Assembly: GCA_012295275.1 (NCBI GenBank)
Contig: CM022673.1
Coordinates: 30,008,001-30,072,000 of the forward strand
DNA: 64,000 nt
Source: Chrysomallon squamiferum
Taxonomy: Eukaryota; Animalia; Mollusca
Direction of reading: 5' to 3'
Shown: piece by piece, positions 41,825 through 55,034 of the stretch
Numbering within the stretch: position 1 is the first letter of the stretch
How the letters are laid out: each line of letters starts with the position of its first letter
The notes under the pieces: generated by a model
Databases searched by the model: none
What the model saw: only the letters and a program-made list of their open reading frames with translations
Told to the model about the DNA's origin: nothing
Program-made: the position numbers and the translations under genes

Positions 41825-44681
41825 GACAATATAAGGTAAACAAAAAATAAATAAATAAAAATAAAACAATTATAAAACAACAACAAACAAACAACCCCCC
41901 CCAAAAAAAAACAACCAAGAAACAAAACCCCAAAAGGGAAAAATAGAAACGTCAACTAATCCTTACCAGATAATTTCTATTTATTATTATATAGGATAGT
42001 TCTAAAATTATTAAAGTAAATCTGTTGCATTTATCCTCAGCCGTCTTTCCTTAATATACCAATATAAGTATAAATATATGATGTATAAAAAATAGCCCAT
42101 GATTCCACTTTCAGTTTGTTTAATAAATAAACCATTATCTTTTTTAACTGTCTTAGAATTTGTAATTAGCAGCAACAGCGACAGCAGCAGCAGCAACAAC
42201 AATAATAATGAAATTATAGATCATTAAGGTGACTCTATTGCGTTTGTAATTTCCATTATGACGTAATCAAAAAAGTGGCAGTGATCCAGCACAGTGGACA
42301 ATGGCTTCTAAAAGGTGAAATGTGACGACGGTGAAGCGGACCACTCACGACGAGGAACAAAAGAAGGAGAACATCAAAAAGAAGCAGACGTGTCACATAT
42401 TTCAAGGTTGCACTGAACTCAGCCGCGGCTTGCGTCTCATAAAGCCTCGTCACACAGAACCGCGGGAACACACTTTGGTAATACGTTTTAAACAGCAACA
42501 ATATTGTGCAACGTCTACGAGACACGATGTAAACGTGTCGGGGATTAGCCAAATGCGTAAAGAGATCAGCCAACCCCCGCCGTTCTTACACATCTTCTCA
42601 ATCTCTGCACACAAGCGATGTCGCATACCTCGCATACTGTTTCCTACGCATGTTAGGCCCCCTTTCGAGTAAGTGCCCATTCTGTAATTGGTTTATTTTG
42701 ATAGCAGACACGTGCGGTACGCATTCGTTTGTTCATCGCGGCAGGTTACTAGGAACCTGGGTGTAAATAAATAGCTTTATTAAAACTGATTGTAGTTACC
42801 GTTCCTGCCGTTATTATGACGTCATTGGCCTCTACGTTCGTGTCTGCTAACGAAGGTTATGTTGTTATGAATGATTCCTTTGTAGATTCGTCTTTGTGCT
42901 AAATGGCTAAGTCTTTCTGCTGAGCTTTTCTTGTTTTTGTTTTTATTTAGATATATGTGTAACGTACATCTCTCTATACATTCGCAGACATAAACGAAAT
43001 ATTTCAGGATGAATTCTTCTCAGTGTGAAGTTCAGGTTATAAAAGCCATGATGTTCTCATATTCATGGAAAGGTGCATATATCACAAACTCCTTTGTTGT
43101 TAATGGGAAAAAGTAGAATTTTTATTTTCTCTTTTCTTAACTTCAAAATGTCAGAAATAAGAAATGTTCACCATCCAGCAGCCTGTGATAGAGAATTAAT
43201 CAGCGTGTTCTAAACAAAACAACCTGACACTAGATAAACCAGGTCACCCGTGTTAAAGTGAAAGGTCAGAGGAAATAAATAGGACCAGAACAAGACCACT
43301 GGAACATGTGACAGTGATTCATTGTACAGTTGGTGTTGTATTTGCCAAATAAATTAACATAATTTAAATTAATACACACTCACGCACATACACGTGCACA
43401 CAAGCGCCTTCTCTTGCCATATTATAATTATATTTGTGGCGGATTCAGATTTGCGAAGTGGTCACCATTGTGTTGTTTGTACGTTTCAACACAAAATGCA
43501 TTTTTTGGAAATGTATATTTGAAAACGCACTTTAATGAAATCAGTATACATGTGCCTTTGTGTGTTATTTATACTTTCATACATAAACATACATGTATGT
43601 GTGTGTGCGTGTGTGTTTGTTATGATCACGTCTCGAACTGACAAACATCCGTGAGGAGAAAAATTTAAATGTAAGATAATAGACACACACATACATATAC
43701 ACACACATACATATACACACACATACATATACACACACACACATATACACACACAATACACACACAAACAGACATGCACTCACAGACATACAGATACACA
43801 CATACACACAAACACACACTCATATATATGCAGCTACACACACTTATACATACACACACATACATATGTTTTCAAATATACACGTTTTCAAATATACACA
43901 CATACACACACATTACACACACAAACATACATACACATATACATGCACATAAATGCATGCATAAATACATGCATAAATGCATATATACATACATACATAC
44001 ATACATATGTACATACATTCAGTGCATTTTGTGTAATAGAATATTTATGGATATAATTCAGTGTTAATCTACATTTGTGTTTTCAATTATGCTAAAATAT
44101 TTGATAATTTATAGTTTTGCAATGTTAATATGTAATTGTTTACAGTTCATCCGATATAAAATAAAATACAAAACAATAATAAAAATCAATATTAATAAAC
44201 TCTTGAAAATGCAATATACAAAGTTCTAGATTTAGATTAAAGATTATTTAAAAAAGATACAGTTATAACAACAGCGACAAATAATAAAAATAATATTTAG
44301 ACAGTGATAAAGATAGGACAAATAACAACAGCGACAGTCACAACAACAGGATCAGAATAATGTTTGTATAACAATGGCGTTATCAGTAATTAGACATGTA
44401 ATGTATAGTGAAACAAGTAACAGTGACAACAAAAACAAACTGTAATAATAATGTTAATAATAATAATAATAATATTAATAGTAGTATTAGTATTAGTATT
44501 AGTATTATTATTAGTATTAGTAGTAATAGTAGTAGTAACAGAAGTAATAGTAAGTAGAAGGAGAAGACAAAGAAGAAAGAAAAACACAATAACACAACTC
44601 CAACCAAAATTAAAAAAAAATATGAAAAAGGGTTTCAAATATAAGTTCCAGATTGAAAACAACAACAACAACAACAACAAC

Positions 44682-44723
<42 letters not shown>

Positions 44724-44821
44724 TAATAACAATAATAATAAAAAAAATAATAATAATAATAATTTTAAAAAAAAGTAATAATAATAACAACAACAACAAA
44801 ACAACAACAAAAACAACAAAA

Positions 44822-44897
<76 letters not shown>

Positions 44898-45198
44898 AAT
44901 AATAATAATAATAAAAAGACAAAAAGAAAAAATACATACAGAAAACCAAAACAATAAAACTGGTAAGTGGTAGCTTTCAACGATCCAGACTCACCTGAAG
45001 CAATCGATGAAAAGCTGATAACAACAAGCTAATGGAAAATATAAAAGGAGATTGCCGATTCTGATAACCATTCTTTATAAATAAAAGATTTATAAATGTA
45101 CAGATAATTACGAATAGGCCTCCAATGTAATTTTAAAAACTACAGTTTATTAAACTAAACGTGTGTGTGTGTGTTTGTGTGAGAGTGAGAGTGTGTGT

Positions 45199-45229
<31 letters not shown>

Positions 45230-46790
45230 AGAGTGAAAGTGAGAGAGATTGTTAGAGGCTGATAGATGTACACACAGAGACAAAGTGTCTGTGTGATAAG
45301 GATAAGAAACAGGTAGAAAGAGGACGCGAGTGATGCGTCGATCATGACAGAAAGAAGTAGTGCTGTTATCAGTGTGATGTATGGCTAATAGCTACGCGGT
45401 TACGCTTGGTAATTTGCGCGACAGGGAGCCACAAACTAAACGCGTACGTCGCCCAGCGATCCGGCGTTTTGACAGCACCCGAAGCGGCAACAGCTTGTCG
45501 CAGGCTTCAAAAGAACCGTTACCTGTAGTTTATAATTATATCGATCGATTTTTATTGTGCTGTTTGAACCATAACGGGATCAAAACTCCATTAGCATTTT
45601 CTTACATATTTCAAGGTTTAGAAGAAAAAAAAATTCCAATTTGAATTCTTTGTTTTCTTGTTTAAAAAGCAATGAAATGTGAAATCTGAAACCAGTTTTT
45701 TTTTTAATGTGTTGAATTTTAATTTCCTAAAGCACTTTAAAATGATGCTATAATAACCTCTATACTGTATAGTTCATGTTTAATTTTGTTTTTATTTATT
45801 TATTTTTGAGTTAAAAAAGTTAACAGTATCCTTGTTTAGAAATAAACCTTAGGATAACAGATTTATAGAGTTTCTTTTTTAAAAAGGAAGAAAAATAGAT
45901 AAAAAGCAAACAATGTAAAACAAAACAAAACTCAACAAAACAGCAGCCAAAAAACAACAAAACCCCCCCAACAAACAACAAACAAAACAAAACAATAATA
46001 AAAATGAAACAAGCAGACAAACAAACAAAAAACAACAACAAAGAAATCGGCGTTAAATTAAAACATGGACTTTATAGCCAGTGTTTGAAACACCAGTCAT
46101 GTTTGTGCAAATGTGTATGTTTTCTTATGTGTTATGTATGTATTGTGTATGAATGTAGGTGTGTGTGTGTCCGTGTGTGTCTGTACTGATATATAGAAAC
46201 GAATGTAAGTATATAAAACTATTAATATTAGCGCTTATTAACATAAGTTTGCACAACGATGTCATAGGAGAGGATATCCATATGAGATCAGCTCTTTTAT
46301 ATCAACCCTACAGTAGATAGTTCATGCCAAAAAATACGAAATAAAGATGAAGAAAAATAACTAACTAACTAAATTAGAAAATAAGTAAGTAAATAAACGT
46401 CTATTAAAAAAAGAAGGAAAAAACAACAACAGAAGATTATAATGCTTGCTGCTTTTGGTTTCGTTACTGTTATTATTATTATTATTGTTGTTGTTTTTAA
46501 TACTGATATTATTATTGTTGTTTTTAATACTGATATTATTATTATTATTGTTGTTTTAATACTATTATTATTATTATTGTTGTTGTTGTTTTTAATACTG
46601 ATATTATTACTACTGTTGCTGGTTTTGATTTTGATATTATATTAATTTTATTATTTTTGAGTTAATTATTATATTGTTGTTGTTATTCTTGTTTTTCATG
46701 CTGTTTTATTATTATTTGTATTATTGCTATTGTCGATCATATTGTTGTTATTGTTATATTATTTTTATTGTTAATATTATGATTATGATT

Positions 46791-46821
<31 letters not shown>

Positions 46822-47529
46822 TATAATTAGTATAGTCGTCGTTGTTGTTGGGATGTTGTTTTTAATTGTAGCTTTTGTTGTTGTTATTGATATTAATATT
46901 ATAGCTATTGTTACTTTTGCTGTAATAATAATAACAATAACAATAATAAAAGTTACTATTATTACTATTATTATTATTATTATTATTTTTACTATTATTA
47001 TTAACATTATTATTAGTAATAGTTGAAGTAGTAGTAGTAGTTGTATTTGTTGTAGTAGTAGTAGTAGGACATTTTTTCTGTTCTGTCTGTAGGAATTACA
47101 TCTAAATGAAATGGCGCTGTGCTAATACAAAACAGGGAACGCTCTGTGATTATCTGTGTGGTCCTTTAAGCAATATGCCGCATAACGAGATTAGAAATGT
47201 TCTGAGCACGTCATTAAAAACTAGTTTCTCTCCTGCCCGCCCCCCCGTGTCTCCTTTGTCTGTCTCAGGCTGCTCCATTCCTCCTTTACTTACTTTTTAC
47301 GCAATCAAAGTTTATTGCAGAGAAAGTTCTAAATTTCTGATGCATGTAAAATTTCGCTTTGATAACGCACCTTTCTTTTCCTTTGTATTGAAAAGTTCCG
47401 ACAATGTTAGTAAATTATACAGTGCTGGTTATTAATTGGTTGAATCATGGTGTTCATTACAAAATAATGGTTGCACGCGCAGTCTGGGTCGAAGATAAAC
47501 GCCTCATACAAGATTAAATTTCCTGACTC

Positions 47530-47561
<32 letters not shown>

Positions 47562-47893
47562 CTCTGCTCTTCACTCTTCTGAAAGATCAGTCAAAAGTCG
47601 ATTTGTCACAACCGTAAGATCTCAAACGTTACGCCAGTTACCGTCAAATTAGCAAACTCCCCAGTACCAGTGTCTTTATTAAGCGCTTAAATCAACCCCA
47701 TTCCTTTAGATGTGCAGCGTTCATTAAGCATTTAATTTAGTCTTAATTCACTCAATCAATATTCTCTGTATTTGTACATTGTGCCGGCTGCCACACGATT
47801 GATTTGTAACATATTGCGTCCTCATTAATATTAATGAGGTTGGCGGTTTGTTCGGTGCGCTGATGGTCGACGTGTTGCGGTGACAACGAAACC

Positions 47894-47969
47894 GGTTCCC
47901 CGTTATTTATTGCAGAGCCGGTTATTTATTCCTAGTCCCGTTATTTCGCTCAAGTCCTTTTATTTATTT
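47894..47969. repeat. Four diverged 19-bp units with core (G/T)TTATTT(ATT)
   Basis: The core starts at 47902, 47921, 47940 and 47959, an exact 19-bp period, inside a CpG-rich non-coding island. Confidence 0.65.
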
Positions 47970-48354
47970 TTCACCTTGTCACTAATCATTTACGTGTAAT
48001 TAGATGCGTATCGCTAACTGCTGAGTGTAGAATAAAATTTACGACTGCGAATGTTATAATAATACTGGGCGGAACTTATTCCGCGTTTTGAATTGTTTGT
48101 GTTTAGTTTTAGATTTTAGATATTAAACTTTGCCTGAATCGTAATTAGTACAGTAAGACATATATATTTAATGTAAAGTTAACTTAGGTATATACGGACG
48201 TATTTATGTATAAACCCAAATGAATACCGATTGTTTAGTAAATAAAATATAATTCAAATATCCTTCAAAAATATTATTTAAAAAAAAAAAAAAAATAAAT
48301 AGAAAAAAAAAAAAAAAAAAAAAAATATATTCTGCATGCTTTTGATAATAATAA

Positions 48355-48396
<42 letters not shown>

Positions 48397-49771
48397 TACA
48401 TCGTTTTTACGCAGACATTAATTTTTGCGTTGGTATGGGAAACTCCGCCCGATCAAATCAGGGAGGAATAACATCATGACAGAAAACCAGGTTGTAAAAT
48501 ACAACACCACCACCACCACCACCACCACCATCAACAACAACAACAACAACAAAGGCAACAACAAAACCAAAAAGACACAAACTGTTAAAAAATATGATAT
48601 TTAAATTTACAATTCAGCTGCTGCTCCTGCTACAACTACTATTATTAATAGTACTAGTTACAACGACTATTGTTATTATTACTGTTACTGTTACCACGGT
48701 TACTGCTACCATACTACTGCCGTTGCTAAGACCAAGGCGTAGCTAGGAGGGGAACAGTGGTTAGACTTCTCGCTAAGAACACATTCTTAAAAACTGGCGC
48801 CTTTTCAACAATAATTAAGCTCGGGTTCACTTATGTAATAAAAAACGTGTCCTATTATTTCTTATTTAATTTATTAAATTTTATTTTATTTTAATTTTTT
48901 TTAGACGAAAACTCTAGACTGTTGTAGTTGCATCATATATTTTACATCTTGCTTCGTTTTGCTTTCATTTCAAGATTAAAATAATTAAATAAAACCCTTT
49001 GTTTTTATTATGCCTCTTCTTTTTTAAATTGAAAATAACCCCTAAACAATAACAACCATAACAATAAAATATCAACAAACAATAACAACAACAAAAACAA
49101 AAACAACAACAACAAACAAACAACAAAACAAACCAAAACTACAACAGCAAACAAGCAAGATAATGAACAGAAATGGAAAACTAAAACTACTAAAACCATT
49201 AAATTAGTGTTTACACAACACTGTTCAGCTGAAATCGATTAAACAGGGTATAACGTGTGTACATCATGAGTCAGTTTGTCTCGTTTTCAGAATAGACCGG
49301 TCCACGTATGCATACTGTAATTATTATTATTATATAATTTTTGTTGTTGTTATTGTTATTATTATTTAAAATATTGTTACTGTCGCTCTTTTACTACCAA
49401 TAATACTAATACTACTTCTACTACTACTACTACTACTATGAATTTATTATTACTGTGAAATATCTGTATATGTATATGTATGTATGAATATATGTATATA
49501 ACTACGTTGGCATGCATGCATGAATGTATGTATGAATAATGTATGTCTTTTGTATTAGTGTGTTCTGATGTGTATATGTGTGTTTGTGTGTGTGTGTTTA
49601 AGTATGTATGTGTTTATATGCACACCAACCCCACCCCATACACACATATTATTACCTTGAATACTTCATTTCGTTTTTTATGAATGCCTATAACATAAAG
49701 TACATAAATTAAATTTGTATTTCAGTCTGTGTGGATTCTGTCAGAAACTACTCAAATAATGCATGTGTTCG

Positions 49772-49793
49772 CGTATATATATATATATGTATG

Positions 49794-49832
<39 letters not shown>

Positions 49833-49849
49833 ATGTATGTATGTATATG

Positions 49850-49880
<31 letters not shown>

Positions 49881-50360
49881 ATGTATGTATATGTATATAT
49901 GTATGTATGTATATGTATATGTATATATGTATGTATGTATATGTATATATATATGTATGTATATGTATATATGTATATGTATATATATATATATGTATGT
50001 ATATATATATATGTGTGTGTGTGTGTGTATAGATGTATAATTAATATTTGTATGCATGTATGTATATATGTATGTGCAGTTGTATGTGTGAATGGGTATA
50101 TATATTTATATGTGTACAGTATAGTGTATCTGGAATTTAATATACTGGGGATGAATAAAGTAGGTAAACAAGGTCGTTTATTTAATTATATATATGTGAG
50201 TGTCTGTGTGTATGTGTTTTTGTGTTTAGTGTGTGTGTGTGTGTATGTGTGTGTCTGTGTGTATGTGTTTTTGTGTTTAGTGTGTGTGTGTATGAGTATA
50301 TGTGTGTGTGTCTGTGTGTACGTGTTTTTGTGTTTAGTGTGTGTGTGTGTGTGTGTTTTA
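49772..50360. repeat. (TATATG/TATG)n tract followed by three copies of a TG-rich ~50-bp unit
   Basis: Directly visible; GTGTCTGTGTGTA(T/C)GTGTTTTTGTGTTTAGTGTG at ~50200, 50250 and 50308. Confidence 0.85.
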
Positions 50361-52347
50361 GTTTTAAGACTTTGAATTAAACTTTAACCGCGGAGTGCAT
50401 TTTAAACTCTGGTGCATAATTTCCACCATTTGATATATGTAATCTATGAATTTATCAAAAGTTTGACTTTTGTTTTTCTTTCATAAACGTGTCGACATGC
50501 GAAACTGTATTTATCTTTTCTATTTTTAAACTGTCATGTCTGTGTATCTACATTACGGAAGTGTTGACTAAAACAAGACTTAAGAAAAGAATACATTTCT
50601 TTTGTTTAGTCTTGTTCACAAAGGTTACTTTTGAAATGATCGTCTTGCGTATGGGTTTCCGCAGTAAACGTATGCTCTCAACAGTAATTTTATACCCTGC
50701 ATGTTATTAAGATTTACTGGTGCTTTGTTCTGATGACATCTGTTGTTTTAACCCTCTTGACTCATGCCCGATAAGAATATACTTAGAAATTAATATTAAC
50801 ACCACGAAATAAATATTTTGCATTAACTATATTTAGATTTGGAAATTACTTCATCTACTGTAGTGGAACTTTTACTACTACTACTAAAGTCACTTTACAT
50901 TTACTTCATCTACTACTTCTGTTACTGCAAATACTACAGCTACTACTATTACTATTACAACTATTACTACTACTACTGCTACTATTATTACTATTACAAC
51001 TATTACTACTACTAGTGCTACTGCTACTGGTGTTATCTCTGTCGGTTTTGTTGTGGCTGCTACTACGATATCATGCTACAATTACAACTGCAGCTGCCAC
51101 TATTACTGTTAAACGTACTACTGCGTTGATTATGTCTATGACTCCGAGCCTTACCTCGAACACTAGAATTATATAATTATCACAACAACCATAATAATAA
51201 TAATAGTAATATTAATAATAATAATAATAGTATTAGTATTAGTTGTAGTAGTAGTAGTAACATTAGTATTAATATTAGTAGTCGTAGTAACAGCAGAAGC
51301 GTTAATAATAAACAAATTAAAAGAAATATGAGTAAATAGTATAAATAAATAAGTAAGTAAGTAAGTAAATAAATAAGTAGATAAATAAATAGATAATAAA
51401 ATTATCATCATCACCATCATTATTATTGTTGTTGTTGTTGTTATTATTATTATTATAACTAACCACGGGTTTTCATCAAACTATAAACGCTAAAAAAATA
51501 AACAATATTTTTGTTTTTTCTTTATTATTAAGTTATTATTTTTAAAAGTTTTCTTCTGAAAATAAAGCCTTTTTCAAAATACTAATGCTATTGAAGTTTT
51601 AAGGTTACCGTTCTAAGTTACTTATTTTAAAAGATAGTAATATATTTTTTCATGTAAAATAGATTTCTTAATATTTTCTAGCAGTTTTAATAATATTATT
51701 ATCATCAAAAATAACAAATTTAGTTTTTGTTTTATAAATTATTTTCTATGATTTTCAAAAAATATTCATATTAACAGTTTCTTAAAATTGTATTTCTATT
51801 CTGGTAAGTATTAAAAAAATCAAAATATATAATTTTGTAGACTTTTATAAAATTTAATGGAAGTCTAAAGATTCATCTTGAAATTTAGTATTAAAATCTA
51901 CAGCATATATTATTAATTAGAAACCAGTATCATGATTTCGTATTTGTATGGTTTCTTTACGAATGATGCAAATGTATTTAAGATATCATAAAATGAAATA
52001 ATTGTAATAGTATTTCAAATTCTGAGTATTTTATAACTGTTAGATAATTAAGCACATAAATAGTTAAATACCTAACTAAGATTTTTTGTTAAAAAAGTAA
52101 ATAAATATAGGTAAAAAAAATATATGTTAGATTAAAATAAAGTAATAGCAATAACTGTAAGAAACAATAATAAATAGTAAAAATAACAAGAACAGTGTAG
52201 TCTTTGTTACAGTAGTAATAATTACAGTGGCAATAGTAGTAGTAGTAATAGTAGTAGTAGTAGTAGTGGTAATAGTACTAGTGACAATTAGAGTAGAAGT
52301 AGTAGTTGTACTATTGGAAATAACAGAGTGACTGTCACAATATTTGA

Positions 52348-52425
<78 letters not shown>

Positions 52426-52846
52426 TTTCAAGTGGTATTAATTTTCATATTAGCACTAGAACAATAACAAAAAATAAAAATAAAAATAAAAATAAAAATA
52501 AAAAACAAAAGCAAAAAATACCTTCGTCAATGTAAGCTAAAACTATATCGTCCGTTTTGATCAGTACACTTTACAACAACAACAATAATAACAAAATTTA
52601 AATCTCAATTACTAAATAATAGAAAAATAAATTACCAAATGTTAATAATAATACTAATAAAATACTAATGATAAAGTGGTACTAAGAGCAGTAATTGTAT
52701 TAATTAGCAACAAATAAAATTAAATCACCATGATTTTCAATACCCATTTTAATGAACAGAATTAGAAAACATTCTAAAAGAATTAGGTTTTCCAAACCTT
52801 CGTCAGATTAACCTAAAACTATATTGTCCGTTTTGATAGTACAATT

Positions 52847-52880
<34 letters not shown>

Positions 52881-52960
52881 TAAATGAAATAATAATTAAA
52901 ATAAGTTAGAAAATAACAGAAATATAAATTAACAACAATTAAAAGAAAAAAGAAGAAAAG

Positions 52961-52996
<36 letters not shown>

Positions 52997-53046
52997 TCAC
53001 CAAAAATTAATTACTTGTTACTCAGTTTCAAATTTAAATACATTTT

Positions 53047-53841
53047 TTATTTTTCGTAATCATTCTCGCTCTCACTGACTGGACTGTATTTCCCGTTCGC
53101 GGTTATTAATGAGCACATTTCCTTTTCCGGGATTCCGTTTTGCTCGTAGCCAACACAGACTGGATTATTTAAACCGTGAATATTTCGTTCCAGTTCAGTA
53201 GACGCATAGAGTTTCACATTAACGTCATCTGGGTCTTTCCCCTTTATTATTTCCGTCATGAATGTAATATATCCTATTGCAAGTCGAAGGGTTTCGATTC
53301 TTGATAAACGTTTTTCATATGCAAACGTTGGAATACGTCGACGTAAGGCGTCGAAAGCTTGATTCAGATTTAGCATTCGACGTCGCTCTCTGACGTTGGC
53401 GGCACGACGCTGCGAAACGCTGGGTAGACGACGTTTACGTGGTTTAAGGTCGCCGTTTTCGTCATATTTGTAGCAATAACTCGCAGAATTTTCCGCCGGC
53501 GAGACATAACCAGAATGTCCGTTGACAGTGTTGTAAGCTGCGAAGTAATATTGATGTTGATTATCTATTTGAAGGCCGTAACCATTGCTGTTGTAAACAC
53601 CTTCATCGCGGGTTGCGGCATTGTGTTCGTTAAGCTGGCCATCGCAGACGGTGTCTTTTTGAGGAAAGGTGACGTCGTTGGTTGTCGGAATCATTGTCGG
53701 CGATGCAGAAAACGGTTTCACTGAATCTGGTAAAGGACACAACTGATGGCAGGTAGTGGGGTTCCCGTAGTCAGACGCTGTCAAAGACGTAGAGCGCTGA
53801 TTGAAATAACTCATATTATAACGCCGGCTTCCCAAGAACAT
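53047..53841 (-). CDS. Fer3: Fer3/Nato3 (FERD3L, PTFb family)-like bHLH transcription factor, paralog B, 264 aa from first ATG
   Basis: b[68 protein letters not shown]; [19 protein letters not shown] is diagnostic of Fer3/FERD3L. The track start at 53868 is TTG; the first ATG is at 53841 (ACAATG), with an alternative ATG at 53814. Confidence 0.92.
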   Translation of the reverse strand: MFLGSRRYNMSYFNQRSTSLTASDYGNPTTCHQLCPLPDSVKPFSASPTMIPTTNDVTFPQKDTVCDGQLNEHNAATRDEGVYNSNGYGLQIDNQHQYYFAAYNTVNGHSGYVSPAENSASYCYKYDENGDLKPRKRRLPSVSQRRAANVRERRRMLNLNQAFDALRRRIPTFAYEKRLSRIETLRLAIGYITFMTEIIKGKDPDDVNVKLYASTELERNIHGLNNPVCVGYEQNGIPEKEMCSLITANGKYSPVSESENDYEK

Positions 53842-54951
53842 TGTTTCCCAACCTGCTTTCCATTTCAAGAATTAAATCGTTAATAAAGCCGTCAGAATGT
53901 GTTCATTTGGCCATCAGAATTCGCTCTCCGAAATCTCTCCAACTGTCATTAGAAAACAATCTCCGTCAAGATATTGGCTTCCTTGATTTAGGGAAGAGCG
54001 CTGAGGGGAAATTTAATTGAAATCGTTTTGCTTTGAGAACAGAACTGTGTAAAGATTATTGGCGAAACAGGCGAAGCAAAATTAACTTCTCATTTGGTTA
54101 AATAACAGTTCCAGAGAATCAAATTAAGGCGACAAAAGAATATTCCACGGGCAGTCTTGTAACGTTAAGATTTTAAAATCGTTTAGAAGGAACTCTTGTT
54201 TGCAAACTTTTGTTGTTATTGTAGTTTTGATTTTGTAAAAAAGGTGGTTACGGGTTGGAAGAATAACTTACTTGATTGTTGGTTTTACAGAAAAACAACG
54301 TGGTTGGTGTTGTCTTGCTTGGTTAGAAAAACGTCTTGTACAAGCACGAGAAACTTTGTCGGAAAGTTGGGGTTATTTGGCGAATGTCGTGCTCCAGAAC
54401 CAATACTGCATTAGTAAAAATGTTTATATGTATATGCAAAAGCTGCTTCCCAGTGAATTTATGGTTTATACGATGCAGCCAACGTTAAATAAACGACAGT
54501 TCATCTACGTAGTGGGGTAACAGGCGTTAAGCTGTTGCCGGTTAACTCGAAATTCTAGATGTAAAATGTCGGCGACAGCTTGGTGACAGATAATATTCCG
54601 ATTTTAAAAATTTTAAAATTAATTTCAAATGGAAAAGAATGTGTATGAAAATGCAAATCTAAAAATAAAAAATATTACTGTCACAAAATTCTGGTTTAAT
54701 GTGTAGTTGCGTAACACTTGTAACGTGATACTGAACGATGACGAAATTATTATCATACATCCATGAATATACACATACGTATAAACACCCTAACTTACAT
54801 CATAAATATACATATACATATAAGATGTTGAATGTGTATGTTTATGTTATATGTTTACCAGTATGTATGTATAAATATATAAATATGTGCATACATACAT
54901 ACACAATGTACAGTGTGTTATGAACACAAAACTAAATGCATATTATAACTT

Positions 54952-55034
<83 letters not shown>

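Noticed and set aside
42256-42680. Overlapping ORFs of 76-116 aa in a CpG-rich island
   Set aside because: No recognisable domain, and open frames on both strands are expected from higher GC; more likely regulatory.
37820-53841. Assignment of either bHLH gene as Ptf1a/Fer1 or Fer2
   Set aside because: Both have LNxAFD and LSRIETL (Fer3-type) rather than SINxAFE and LSK(V/I)DTL, and both lack the Ptf1a C-terminal Trp motifs.
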